Assembly: GCA_030704615.1 (NCBI GenBank)
Contig: CM060731.1
Span: forward strand, 46,190,001 to 46,254,000
Length of the DNA stretch: 64,000 bases
From: Takakia lepidozioides
Lineage: Eukaryota; Plantae; Bryophyta
Reading direction: 5' to 3'
The translations under genes and the position numbers were made by a program. The notes beneath the pieces are model-generated. The model made no database searches. It saw nothing but the letters and a program-made list of their open reading frames with translations, and was not told where the DNA came from. Below are positions 35,347 to 48,000 of this stretch, piece after piece. Within the stretch, counting starts at the first letter, position 1. Every line of letters starts with the position of its first letter.

Positions 35347-37556
35347 ATGTACTCATAAGACGTTGTTTGCCGAAGCCTTGTGGCCATTGACCCCGCCCCC
35401 AGTTTGAGCGGAAACCAAAGGGACAGAACCTACCTCTGTCAGGGGCTGACATTGGTAGTAAGACTTTTGATTCGGGTTTTCCAGATATCCTCTAGAAATC
35501 CCTTCACACAAGCATCAAACTGCTGTGTATGATTTGCCCAAAAACTAGGCCTCAGAAGGGCCTGGGCTTTTGGCTCAGCCTTGAGACTTTCAAAGTTGGT
35601 AAACAGAGGTACAGGCACAATTCTCTTGATAGATTGGAGGAGAGCTTCTCTCTGGTGAGAGTACCCCGGACAGTGAATCAGAAAATGAATATTGTCTTCG
35701 GGTTGCCCACACAACGGGCAATTGCACTCTCCCTTTCCTCTCTGCTTCTGTTTACTGTTCAAAGGTAGGCTTCCTGCCCTGAGTTTAAATTTCAGTCTGG
35801 TGCCGAGAGTGGGTAGACCCTTGAGGTCATCCATGATATCCTCCCCCATGTCACAGACTGGAAACAGGTTCAGGGAAGTTTTCTGCCCAACTTCATTTGC
35901 ATCAGACAATTTTCTGGTAACAGACATAGCTTTGGACACTACAGTCTCTAAGTCAGATTTATGCAGCAAGGTCAAGACTTGCGGGTCCAGATTCAGATCC
36001 TTGAGCATGTCTTCTACTCTCTTCTGCCAGGACTTAGCCTGTTTGACAGGGCGGTCCTGTTTCCAAGACATAGAGTCGATTAACTCAGGGTATCTGGTGT
36101 TGGACATGTGTTGCAACTGACCCGACCATCTGACCTTGAATTCATCTCGTCGGGAGCTTAAGGAAGGGATGCCAAACTCACCCCGAACAGCCACATTGGC
36201 TGTTTTGGAGCATGCTGACATGCACTCCTTAAGCACCCCCACTTGAATGGATTCTAGAGACTTAGCCTGGTTGGAGCTATCAACCCATACAGCAGATCCG
36301 TATTCCAAGGCAGGTCTAATAACGCGGCAAAGCAAGGTTTTCTTGACCTCAGAGTTAATCCCTCTGCAGTGGAAAAATTCAGTGAGACTCAGCGCTTTGC
36401 CCTTGCCAGTTTGAACAACTTTCTGGATATGTGCATCCAGTTGGAGGAAAACTCAACACCCAGGTATGTGTAGGAAGAGAGGACTGGAATCTCTTGGCTA
36501 CCCCACTGCCTCTTAAGATCACTTCCTCCCTCTCCTCTGTCGTTGAATGCCACCACTGCACATTTACTGACATTAGCCTCTAGCCCCCAAAGATCAAAGT
36601 ATCTCTTCGCGCAATTAATCAATTCCTGGAGGTTGGAAGGAGTCTCCCTATGCCTGCGAAGTCATCCGCAAACATAAGGGCTGGAATGGTGGCATCACCC
36701 ACCCTTAACCCAAATCCCTCACGTTCCACATCCTCGAGGAGTTGATTGATGAAAACATTGAAGAGCAGAGGGGAGAGGGTACATCCTTGAGCTACACCTT
36801 GGTCTATGTCAAAGAAGTTAGACTTCTGTCCATTAACAGTGACACAGCTTTTGGTGTGAGCATACAAGTTATGGACAACTCTCCACATTTTTCCCTTGAT
36901 TCCGCAAGACCAGAGGCGGAGCCATAGACCATCTCTCCACACTGTGTCATAAGCCTTTTTGACATCCAAGAAAAAAACATAAGTGGGTTTCCCTTCTTTT
37001 TTCCTTCCCTGGATAATCTGGCTTAGAGTGAAGATATGGTCCACACAGCCCCTGTTTCGCCGAAAGCCAGCTTGGCCTTCATGAAAACAACCTCTAGATT
37101 CCAGATCAACCTCGAGATGAGTACTTATAACTCTGCAAAATATCTTGCCAACAGCATTGAGAAGCGTGATGCCACGATAGTTCCCCGGGTCTTCTCTGTC
37201 ACCCTTCTTATATAAATTGACAATGACCCCCTGTCGCCAGCGAAAGGGGATCATTTCAGTCTTCCAGATAAGATTAAAGAGGAGAACTAGGGCCTCTGTC
37301 ATGGGATCGCCGCCGTGCTTCTGTCATGGGATCGCCGCCGTGCTTGATAAGCTCGTTGACTATGCCATCAGGACCACCTGCTTTATATCCATTTAGATGT
37401 TCAATTGCTTCCACAATCTCAAAAGAACTAATGGGAGTGTTGTAGTCTTTTGAAATATACTCCAGTTCATCAGGGCTGTTTTGAATCATAGGAACAGTTT
37501 TACCAACTGTGTCCTTCCATTCATCAGAGGACCCCTCATTGTTAGACCTAGAAGTT
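35347..37556 (-). mobile_element. 5'-truncated non-LTR retrotransposon (RTE/RTEX-like) reverse transcriptase, frameshifted
   Basis: KAGGPDGI, NYRGITLL, QAGFRRNRGCVDHIF, FLDVKKAYD, GVAQGCTLSPLLF, FADD; C-terminal KLRAGSLPL...CPLC...EDNIHFLIHC. 14-bp TSD CTTGCCTGAATAGA at 35333-35346 and 37557-37570. 25-bp tandem duplication at 37296-37345. Confidence 0.9.
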
Positions 37557-38236
37557 CTTGCCTGAATAGAGTATGTTAGGGAGCATACGCCTCTGTTACA
37601 CAAAAGCAACGATATGTACAGGACAGGTTAGAGTGTCAATGTCCTCCTCCATCTACGTTATGTGCTTTGGGTACTCATCTTTCCTTGAGTTGCTGGATCA
37701 GTCGTTCCAGCTTTTCTCAATCACCAAAGCTTTTTTTAAGCCCTAAGGCAGGTTATTCTAATTTGTTGTCAACATGTTTCTCGTATTGTAAGGATTAGTG
37801 GAACTCTGAACATCGTGGCTTCTATCATCTATGGCTTCAGGCATGTTCAGGATGCTGAGCTTGTACACAGTGAGCCAATTTGCATTCTAAAGAACTTCCC
37901 TATAAACTGTGAGAAGACGATGTCACCACTAGACTAAGCTTAGGTTCACAGATGGGTCTAGGGTTAAAATTTAGGATTCCATTTGGCATGTACAGGATCA
38001 ATGGACTTGAGTGCTGAATTGTGGAGTAGGCTCCCATCCGAAATGGTGGAGCAAATGCTTCCTTCGTGCCTGTGCCAGATTTGTGCAGGTAGCCAAGTGT
38101 GTGCAAGAGATGGAACCGGCTCATCTGCAGCCCTAGCTTCGGTGCTCTGCGGGTGGGGAATACAAAGCAAGGTTCACCCTTCCCGGCGTTGCACTATATA
38201 GTCTTGGATGTTAGCATGAACATCGAAGGTGTCCAG

Positions 38237-38416
38237 TCAATCTCAAGATCAAGGTGATGAAACAGGGGGTGGTCTTGGACCATCTCACAACTACCTGTCG
38301 AATCCTTTCTAACAGTTCTATACAAGTTGTTACTATTAGCTAAGTCTGCAAGAGGTAGTTGTGAGATAGTCCAAGACCACCTCCTATTTCATCGCTACAC
38401 TTGATCTTGAGGTTGA
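38237..38416. mobile_element. Foldback/MITE with ~60-bp inverted arms
   Basis: TCAATCTCAAGATCAAG...GATGAAACAGGGGGTGGTCTTGGACCATCTCACAACTACCT is mirrored at 38352-38416. Confidence 0.75.
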
Positions 38417-39015
38417 TGCGCGTGTGCCTCCGTCTTTTGGTAATGATCTCATTTTTTGTTTTCCCATCATGCACCCCTTGCACACTGGAATTTGTGTAGT
38501 ATCAACGTCACCCATGTCTATGCCATGCACCATCTTGTCTTTTACCAATCGTTTTACACCATCAACTTCAAGATGCCTGAGTCGTAGATGCCATAGTTTT
38601 AGCTTTGTTTCCTTCTCATCAACAACCATGGCTTTCTCTTTCTGTTCCACAGTGACAGTACGTTGCAGTTTATATAACTTTTGTCTTGGATTCCTTGCTC
38701 AATGGTTCTTCCATCCTTGCTTTTGATTAAGCAACCACTTCTCATAAACTCAACATGTGAGCCTTGCTCTGTTACTTTGCACACAAAGAGCAAATTCTTG
38801 GCGAGTTTCGTCACATACAAAACCTCTTTCAGACATGCCTTCACTTTCTTTCCATCTAGTATCAAATTCATGAGAATAGTCCCCTTTCCGATCGCCCTTT
38901 GGATTGAATCATCTCTCATGTAGATATTCCGTTCTGGAATTTGGTGGTAATCTGTAAACCACACTCTCTGATATGACAAATGTACCGATGCTCCTGAATC
39001 TGTGTACCAAGTATC
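38417..39015 (-). mobile_element. Ty1/Copia protease + GAG-pre-integrase remnant (inverted segment)
   Basis: DSGASVHMS...AIGKGTI...LKEVLYVTKLAKNLL and LWHLRLRHL...VCKGCMMGKQ on the minus strand. Confidence 0.8.
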
Positions 39016-39039
39016 CCCATCAATTGTAAGGAAAACTCT

Positions 39040-40300
39040 TCAACCAAATTTGAAACTAAAGCAAATGTTTCATCAATCGGTGGAAAGAGGTATTTTGTAA
39101 GTTGCATTGATGACTATTCTAGGAAGTTGGTATGCTTCTTCATGACAAACAAAGCAGAGTATTTTCGAAATTCAAAGAGTTTTAAGTGCTTTATTGAAAA
39201 GTAGACAGGGAAAAAGATCAAAGCTCTGCGTAGTGATAACGGAGGGGAAGTATCTCTCAGAGAGTTTGAGTTGTATTTGAAGGAAGAAAGAATAGCTCAT
39301 CAGTATACCCCGCAGCAAAATGGTGTTGCTGAGAGATGGAGTAGGACAATTAAGATGTATGTAGTATTACAATCTGCTGATGCTGCATCTTGATGTTGTG
39401 ATTGGCCGAGAGCAGCCCGGTTATTCATGATAACCTCTGACCTTCTCCTCATTTACGACCTACTGCGTCGTCATTGGTCCATGCATCCCCGTAACCCGTT
39501 TCCATCTCCGCAACCTCACATCAGCAGTGGAGCCGGGGCGGGAAAGGGGAAGGTAGAAACGGGGAGGTTCCTACACTAATAGTCGGTTGCCTACATCTCG
39601 ATGCAGCATCAGCCAGTCATGTTCACGTAGCTGGTGAGAAGGAGACCGGCTACGACAGTAACTTTCGGCCCTGCCGGGCCTCAAGGTTACTGGCCGTAGC
39701 CAGCTCCTTCTCACCGGCTTTGTAGTCCATAGTGGGTTAGCTCTGGGATTTTGGCCCGAGGCCGTTGCTACAGCTGTGTTTTTGAGAATGAGGAGTCCTA
39801 CTAGAGCTGTTGTAGGAAAAACTCCATTGAGATGTGGATAGTTAAAAAAAGTATGTTAATCACTTGATAATCTTTGGTAGTAAGGTTTATGTCCACAGAC
39901 CAAATGCAACCAAAACCTAGTTGGAGTCGAAAAGCAAAGTGTGCTTGATGGTGGGTTACTCAGAAACTACAAAGGGATGGAAGCTGTATTAGCTAGTCAC
40001 ATAGAAGATGATAATTTCAGGGATGTTGTATTTGAGGAGAAGTTGGAAGAATACCTTCAACTCCTAGGGAAGACTCCAGTGCTCGTAGTGCACATGTAAA
40101 TTTGGAGGGATTTTGAGATTGAAGAGTTACCCACTGAGACATTGATCAAGGAAACTCAAACACACTTGGAAGAACCAGCAGAAGTCAATGTAGAGCCAGA
40201 ACAGCCGTTGGGTGAAAGGAGATCTACACGGATCAAGAAGGCACCAGCAAGATTGCTCTCTGATGAATATTTCGCATGTGCAGTTCGTGTTCTTGAGGAG
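39040..40300 (+). mobile_element. Ty1/Copia integrase remnant
   Basis: SIGGKRYFVSCIDDYSRK, KKIKALRSDNGGE, YTPQQNGVAER, FWPEAVATAVFL and RRSTRIKKAPARL on +, with stops and an insertion at ~39350-39730. Confidence 0.8.
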
Positions 40301-41769
40301 TCAACAATCATGCAGAAGCAATGGCTGGACCACATGCAAAACAGTGGGAGAAAAGAAAGGATTCGACACATGTGAACTTGATGGATTCATTAACCTTTGT
40401 ATATAAAATATGTTTTCAAGCTTTGAAAAACATGGCATGATTGTCCAATTTCCGTGCAGAACTGCATAATCCATCCAAAAGACTCTTGGAAACAATTACC
40501 GAGTGCAGCACCTGATGATTGGATCTCCAGAGACTCCTAAATGCTGCATCTGGTCCTTGACTATATTTCTTCGAAATCATGATTTTTCTCATTAAGGATC
40601 AAGTGATAGATTTTGATTTATGCAAAAAAAAATTTGGAGGAACGCTTTGAGGATTCTGAACGACCCCATAGTATGTGTTTAAATTTCGGTACCAATGAAT
40701 GGAGGGGCTCCAGCAACCCTTCCTACTTATTGAAATTCTGTGCTACCAGCAGTGTCATATTTGAAGATCTTCTCTACGTTTTATTTCTCATCTTACCATG
40801 ATGATGATACACGTTGTTATGAGCTTTTGAGGTACAACCATCTTGGAGATTCTTGGGAAGAATTGCACTTGGACCCCAGTAAACCCCTCTACAATGGTCA
40901 ACTCATCGTGAGCGCCAACTGCTTGTTCTTGGTGGCCCAATTTGCATGGCCGCATACAGTCTTTGAAGTTAGCGAAATTAATGTCCATGGCATGTCTCTA
41001 GAGACAGAATATCAAATACATCATTCATGAGGAGACTGAAAACGAAAGATCGGTCGGAAATCATGAGAAGGCAGGTAATATTGGCTGGTGACCGTGCAGC
41101 TGAGGACGAATAAAAACATCACATATCAGCGAGACGACTCCAACGAACTAGGGCGACACGTAGCCACTATTTGACGTAGCAATAGAGGGCAGCTTACAAG
41201 CCGCTACTGACCTACCCACTTTCAACCTACCTGATAAACTTTTAGGGTTTCTTACCATTCATTTGCACTAGTTTTGTGTTTCACTCAGCTTGTTTCCGCT
41301 TGTCTTTTTGTGGCTGTGTACATATGCGATGGATTTTCCCGATCCGCCTATCTGTTCTCTTCGCTCCCACCTTTGATTTGATTGTTGATTGTGTGAAGGA
41401 GAATGAGGGTGTCAGAAGGATCAGAAGGGAAGGACCATATTGCATCTTTACATAAAACACAATTGTGCTCTAAATCTACCTCTAGAATATTCATCTGGGT
41501 GTGAGGGTAAATCACTCTCACCTTGGCCCAGTTATAGGCTGATTGCCCAATGTAGTCATAGCGATGGGATGCAAAGAAGGGAAGCCATAAGATTGCCCAA
41601 CACCAGGCCGCATGATAGCTGCCGTGGACCATTTACCTGCAAGGTATCTCGTTCTAATACCACCTAGAACAGCAGTTAGGTCGTAAATCGTAATTGCATT
41701 GGTCCTCCATTGTCCCATATCGATTGCCCGTAGTCTAGACATCGCGCAGGATACTTAAGCAGATGGGGT

Positions 41770-44700
41770 CTACGGATATGAATCTCGCTGACGAAAAACT
41801 CGGGTCATCTCAGCCTGGAGTGCGTTGCCGTAGTAGCCTCCGGGGGCGGTTTCGTCGGCTCCTTTGTTGAGAAGGAGCGACATGACGGGCTTGTTGGCAG
41901 TGGCGGTGGCTGCATGGAGTGCATTGCCGTAGTAGCCTCCCTGGGCGTTGATGTCGGCTCCGTTCTTGATGAGTAGTCCAACGACTTGTTTGGCATTTCG
42001 ATCCCTGCCACTGATGCCTCCCCTCCCGTTTCCTGCTATGGCGGCCTGGAGAGCGTTGCCGTAGTAGCCTCCCTGGGTGTTGATGTTCGCTCCGCTTTCA
42101 AGCAGTAGCTGGCATATCATCTCGCGGCCGTTAAAGGCGGCTACTTGTAGGGCGGTGTGGTAAGATCCACCCTGGGCCTTCACGTCGGCTCCGTTCGCGA
42201 GGAGAAGGCGGACTATGCCTATGACGCCCTCCCGGCAAGCTACTTGGAGTGTGGTGCAATAGGTTGATCCGTCCTGGTCTGTATAGATTCCCCCGGTGTG
42301 GTTGACCTTAGCCCCATTGTCAATGAGCTGTCGGATAACTTCCAAATTTGGGGTGGCAGCTTCAGCAGCTCCAACAGCGGCCATTAAAGCATTGCCGAAG
42401 CGTCCTCCTTGGATGTTGATATTAGCTCCGTGATCGAGAAGCAGCTGAACTATCGACTTGGTAGACCTGTTCAAAGACTCCGTAGGATTTTGACCAACTG
42501 CCGCCTGTAGTGCGGTACAGTCTCTTCCTGCTTGGGCATTAACATCGGCTCCGCTTTCAATGAGCAAACGAGCCACCGATTCAAAGTTCTGTCTACAAGC
42601 TGCTTGTAACGCTGTACCGTGAGGCTCTCCCATAGCATGGACGTCGGCTCCGTGCGAAATGAGTAGTCGAGCAATTCGCTCCTTGCCCTTCCAACAGGCT
42701 GCCTGCAAAGGATTGCCATGTTCTCCTCCTTGGCCATTCACATGGGCCCCCATATCAATGAGCTGCTGCACCCTCCGCTCATTACCATCGGAGGAAGCAT
42801 TTACCAAGGCTCTACCTATATCTTCACCGAGTATGTTCATATCGGCTTCAAACCACTTTTCCGATGCTTTCTCATCGTAATGATATGTCCCACAGTCGCA
42901 TACCACAAGCTCGGCACCTGGGCTACCACCAACCCGGAGATGCCTTCTCTTTAACATATCAAGCACCGGTAACATCCCGAGGAGGGGTTCGTCTAGTGTT
43001 CCAGCTCCCGTTTTCTGCCACGCCCCGTTTTCTGCTTTCCCAAGTAAGTACACGAAAGGTGTACCATCCCCTTCCCAGTCGGCTAGTTCGCCAGGTGTAT
43101 TCAATTCTCCCACCAGTACAACAATGCTACCCAATCGACCCTTGAATCGGCATTTTGTACTGACTTCGTAATCTGGGCCAGAAAGATGCAATTCGGAATC
43201 ATAGAATGAGCTGTCTCTTGTGTTTCTTGTGGGTACAGTTGAACGCTTCACGTCTAATATTCTGGCGCAAATGAGATGCCCTTCCACGCTCGAGGTAGAC
43301 TTGAGGACAATATCAAATCGACCGATGGAGAAGTCGGCGCAAACAAACTCTGACGCCAGATGACTTTCTCCATCAATCACATAGGTCGGGCTAGAGTTTG
43401 GTGCAAAGGAAGGTAGAATGGGTATTAATCCCGACTCCGGATAGACTGGGAGATGATAGCCAATTACCATCCATGCAGGCGTGTGGGAAGTCTTTGCAAC
43501 AAGCTCGAAGATCAGCTCCCTCAGGGATCGGGTGTACTCAACGTCTATGACCACGCCGAGAAGATGCATCATGCTGAAGACCAGGTCCTGCGGTTTGGTC
43601 GAAGTGCGCAGCCACATATTACGCCAAACTGCAACACTTCGAATTCCCGAAGGACCTTTCACGGAAGGGGTATAATTTTCGGGAGCTTCACCAAAAGAAG
43701 CCGAGGACAAAGAATCCGAGAATGTATCATTTTCGTTAGCTTCACCAAGAGAATCCGAGGATGCATCAGAGTCTTTCCTCCACCTGCCGAACCTGTAGCT
43801 ATAACCGTGGCCAGGGTCTTCGTCATCCGGGAGCGCACCGCTACCACCTTCGCTGGAGCCATTCGAGTTTTGATCAAAACCATGATGAACGTCGCCATCG
43901 TCGTACGTAGTGATGTGAGATGAAGTTTCGGAGGATGAGATCTCGGAGGAGGTTTCGGATTCACGCTTGTAGGAGCGATCGAATGAAGGTTTGATCGGGG
44001 TCTCACTGTCCGAACCCTGCTCGCTGTCCGCACCAAGCAACGCGGCTTTAAGTGCACCAATTGCTGCAGGATCGTCGCCGAGGCATCGGAGCGGAAGATC
44101 AAGTTCGAATTCATGCTCTGTGTTTTTTAGCCTCAAATTCCCCACCCCGAAGCCATGGCCAGTAGGATGCTCAACTAAAGCATTCAAACGAGCTGCAGCA
44201 ATGCCCCCCTTCAACCTCGTAAAACAGGCAAAGGATCCTGGAAGGTTCCATTCCACCAAAACGTATATAGGCCAACCCAGCGTAGCTTCCTGAAATGTCC
44301 ACGCCCGGGTAATCCAAGATGAATGCTTATCGAAGCCCTGCGCGGCCACCACTCCGCCAATCATCACTATCACCGCTGTTGCATTGCTGTATATTTTAGC
44401 CATGTTTTTTATCTGCATCATTTTGTCACTGCGGGACCGTTGGTTGAGACATAGTAGATCCAGCCAGAGATACCTGCAATGGAGTGCCTTGGCAGCAGTG
44501 GCAGCCTGAACCAAGCCAAGCCAACTGATCGTATGAGGTGTTGGATTTCCAATGTCAATATGCAGTGGTCGGTTGGCCTCGTTGCTAATCCTGGCTGCAT
44601 CCTCGCTAGGATCCCAGACATGAGATATCGCAGCATAACTTGGCATACCCGGTGGTGTTCCGTGGCCATGGAACGTGCCGTCTCGAGGCCACGTTTTCAA

Positions 44701-44898
44701 GTCTCTCCATTCTAAGAGCTCAATTTCGGCGGTAGTAGGGTCCAACAGCTTAGCAACCGGGATGAGTCGAAGTGCACCATCGACGCCACATTCTCCATAT
44801 GTCCAGAGAGCTTGCTCGCCTTCCTTTGAGAGTAGCAGTGACTCCCCTGTGGGAGCTACAAATCTGGCATCGGGGGGTTCTAACCGATTTCTCCGCAT
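41770..44898 (-). CDS. Fungal-type HET domain + ankyrin-repeat protein, 1042 aa, single exon
   Basis: HET blocks YAAISHVW, LWLDLLCLNQ...QIKNMAKIYSNATAVIV, WITRAWTFQEATL and RTSTKPQDLVFSM. Then 9 full and 1 partial ankyrin repeats of the GADVNAQGGYYGNALQAA type (~41800-42815). Uninterrupted ORF. Confidence 0.92.
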   Translation of the reverse strand: MRRNRLEPPDARFVAPTGESLLLSKEGEQALWTYGECGVDGALRLIPVAKLLDPTTAEIELLEWRDLKTWPRDGTFHGHGTPPGMPSYAAISHVWDPSEDAARISNEANRPLHIDIGNPTPHTISWLGLVQAATAAKALHCRYLWLDLLCLNQRSRSDKMMQIKNMAKIYSNATAVIVMIGGVVAAQGFDKHSSWITRAWTFQEATLGWPIYVLVEWNLPGSFACFTRLKGGIAAARLNALVEHPTGHGFGVGNLRLKNTEHEFELDLPLRCLGDDPAAIGALKAALLGADSEQGSDSETPIKPSFDRSYKRESETSSEISSSETSSHITTYDDGDVHHGFDQNSNGSSEGGSGALPDDEDPGHGYSYRFGRWRKDSDASSDSLGEANENDTFSDSLSSASFGEAPENYTPSVKGPSGIRSVAVWRNMWLRTSTKPQDLVFSMMHLLGVVIDVEYTRSLRELIFELVAKTSHTPAWMVIGYHLPVYPESGLIPILPSFAPNSSPTYVIDGESHLASEFVCADFSIGRFDIVLKSTSSVEGHLICARILDVKRSTVPTRNTRDSSFYDSELHLSGPDYEVSTKCRFKGRLGSIVVLVGELNTPGELADWEGDGTPFVYLLGKAENGAWQKTGAGTLDEPLLGMLPVLDMLKRRHLRVGGSPGAELVVCDCGTYHYDEKASEKWFEADMNILGEDIGRALVNASSDGNERRVQQLIDMGAHVNGQGGEHGNPLQAACWKGKERIARLLISHGADVHAMGEPHGTALQAACRQNFESVARLLIESGADVNAQAGRDCTALQAAVGQNPTESLNRSTKSIVQLLLDHGANINIQGGRFGNALMAAVGAAEAATPNLEVIRQLIDNGAKVNHTGGIYTDQDGSTYCTTLQVACREGVIGIVRLLLANGADVKAQGGSYHTALQVAAFNGREMICQLLLESGANINTQGGYYGNALQAAIAGNGRGGISGRDRNAKQVVGLLIKNGADINAQGGYYGNALHAATATANKPVMSLLLNKGADETAPGGYYGNALQAEMTRVFRQRDSYP

Positions 44899-45045
44899 TA
44901 TGTGAAAGGTTGACTGAGGCCAATGGGCTGCTAGAAAGGACTTGGAAGGACTTGCAGCGGACGTGAGTAGATGCAGCGCATAGACAAAGAGAACTGCTAT
45001 CTGCAGTCTCCATCAGCTCCCCAGCTTCATTTGTGTCCTCAAGCG

Positions 45046-45061
45046 AACCCTAAACCCTAAA
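45046..45061. promoter_or_regulatory. Telo-box / interstitial telomere motif ~150 bp upstream of the HET-ankyrin start
   Basis: AACCCTAAACCCTAAA. Similar short runs at ~10805 and ~23605. Confidence 0.45.
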
Positions 45062-48000
45062 CTATCGTCGTTATCGTAGAGCATATTAGAGAAAAGCATT
45101 GTCATGTTGTGACGATGCACGTGACAGTAAGGGCATAAAAGTGCAGGTCAGTTCATTCACACAACCCCCAACGACAGTGGTGGTTGATTTAGGGTTCTTC
45201 TCGCAGACACCCTCCAGAGCTAGCCGGCCTCCTTGTTTTGGTATTACGAATGGTGGGTACTCGTCTCGATTGCGTTTGCCAGGGAGACCATTTGTGCTAA
45301 TTGATCTGGGGAACCCAATATTTCCAAGGGGCTGTGTTGGGAATCCCAGATGTCGGGCAGAGTTCACACCTTCAGGACAAACACAAGAAACAATCAGTTG
45401 ACAACGAGACATTCATGGACAATCTACATTATGTAGTCAATAACTGAAAACGAAGATAATGTGCATCTATGTACACCCCATGGCAGACAATCACTGTAAA
45501 TATCTAAGCCCACCTGCATGTGTAGTGCTCATCTTGCTGTGATCTATCAAAGGCCTTTGTTGCTAGATTTGTCCAACACAAACACATGCCTAACTGTACA
45601 ACACATCTATTCCTTGTATGTGAATTTGTACAGCATACAAGCTACTAAAGGTTTGAAATGGAAACCTTAGATCAGAAGCTGATGAAAGCTGCAGGGCCAG
45701 CTCCAAACAATCCTCAAATGCCAGATTGGGTCACTGAAAAATCACTATTAACTCAATCCTAGCAATCTCCTTCACAATCAGCTCCTTGCTATGAAAGTTG
45801 GATCAAAACATTGATTGTGACTATTAACATAGCTAGGCTACATTATACAAAAGGTGCAGTATTGTACACTTTCCCTAGACCTCTCAGCAAATAACCCAGT
45901 AAGTATCCCAACTTACACAGGGGCTCAAACATGTGCGAGACTCTTTTCCTAAAAAGCCATACAAAGAAACTAAAAAACAAGTGAGTTGGAAAGAAGGAAC
46001 CAGCTCAAACATTTAAGCAAATTCTCCACCTCACATTTAGTTCACATCCAAGAGTTCATGTTAATGCGAAGTCTAAAGCATACAAAGCATGCAAATGCAA
46101 TCGTGTGCTGATAGGCTAGGCCTACTCATTGTCATTAAAGTGCAAGCTAGAGCTTGACATATATGTAATTTGCTCTTACAAATCGGGGAAAGATACTAAG
46201 CTGCAAACCTTCTTGATTCTGCCCAAAATGTGCTTGTGTTTCAACACGCCAACTCTTACCAGTTGCAACTGGAATGACAATGTCAGCTTTTCCAGTTATG
46301 CAACCCACTGTAGCAGCATCCTGCCAACAACATTGCCTGACGTCAGACATGAACCCTGACCCAGCACACAATCGATGAGATTGTATCAGACCCTCGTCAA
46401 TAATCCATGCTTACAGAGACCAGTTCAAAATATTCATCAGGCAAAGAAGCTTCAGCGCTTGTCTCCCATCACCTGCGATTGTAACCCAACAGAAAACACA
46501 GCAAATGCATATCTGCGGGAAGCATTTTCTCAAGCAGATTTCTACAATGCTTAGAAACAGAGAATGTAAAGGTGGGAAAACCCAGAATCCTACAAAATTT
46601 TCTTCAATGCGGATAATGATTGGTCGTCACCAAGGGCGAGCCGTTCATTCCTGGGCAGCTTCATTGGAACTACTCTTTCCTTGTGGTATTTCTGTCCACT
46701 ACACTAGTCTACCTCTATGATCTCATTTGTCAATAGTAATATCAACGCTTAGTGGAGTTGACGATAGGACTCTGAGGATGTGTAGAAAGTTTCCACAATC
46801 ATACTGGAACGCTCATTCCCTCTGCTCCCCGCGCCCTCTTTTCCCTTTTCTGTTCCGTCCAACATGGGCACAAGGTCTATGGCCACAAGACTACAGTTTA
46901 ATAAGAACACCCCCTCTCTCTCGATATGGGAGAGGCCTGAGAATGACACTTAGAAAAGCGAAATGATCAAGCCTCTAGCTCTTGTTCCTTGTTCCTTCCT
47001 CTCTATTAAACATGCCCGAACTCCATAAATGATTGCACATGGTTGTGCACACCTACGCAGAAGGGAGCTGCGATGGCCGATTCGCCAAAGCCGGCAACTA
47101 CAGAACGTGCACGAATCTCGTGCGTGTCCGCAGTTCCACGAACCTGCCCCGCCCTGGCGAGGGTCAACATGTGTGGCAAAACACGTGTTTGCATGAATGT
47201 CATGGCCCACCGAAAGGAGGGGGACGTTCGTGGGTGGACCCCACGTACTTCTTCGGGCAGGCAGTGCCACGGAGGGCCCCCGCCCTGATTCCGGGGGGCT
47301 AAATTCCCAAGAAGAGTAGGGTTGTATGCTAGACTGTAGTGGTCCATACATACTACAATGGAACAGGGAAAGTCGATGATCTAGATCCTCGCAGGCAAGG
47401 TCCAAAGATGAACCGTAACTAATAATGGTTACAAAATTGTCCTGGTGTCTTCCTTTAATGGCAATGTTTGGCATAGGCAATTGATGTCAATAAACATGAG
47501 TTGATTAAGGAGTACCTCGGTGCTCCTGATGTCAATGGGATGCTGGTAGAGGTTCCTCAGCTAAAGATACATCGACCAGGAAACTCGAGTATGCTTCATT
47601 ACTAGCCAAAACATCTCTGGCTAGAGGACACTGCATCTACCAGAGATTCAGCTGTGAGTTTGTGGACACATCCATCCAATCCCTCAGCATACAGTTGTAG
47701 TCACACCATGTTTGTTGGCTAACTGGTCACTAGATTTATGGATGACACAACCGCTTATGCATAAGATAGCGGCATTGTTAGAATGTCAGGATCGAGAGAA
47801 AATTGTCTGTTGCCACCACTTGATAGTCCACCTCCTTATACATAGTGAGAGGGGCTGTCCACAATGTGGCAATGCAAATACAGGTCCTCTCTGGCTAAAG
47901 CCAGGTCCTCTTTTGGCCTTCAGAAGTTGCCGGCCAAGACCCCTCCTGCTCACAGTCACCAAAAGTGAAAACAGAACCCACGATTGTATCAGCTTGGACA

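Larger units (their letters stand above)
38001..41030 (+). pseudogene. F-box gene remnant split by TE insertions
   Basis: MDLSAELWSRLPSEMVEQML resembles a plant F-box start. The C-terminal piece LLRYNHLGDSWEELH...QLIVSANCLFLV...FEVSEI resembles the kelch/beta-propeller part of plant F-box proteins. Frameshifts and Copia DNA lie between them. Confidence 0.55.
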
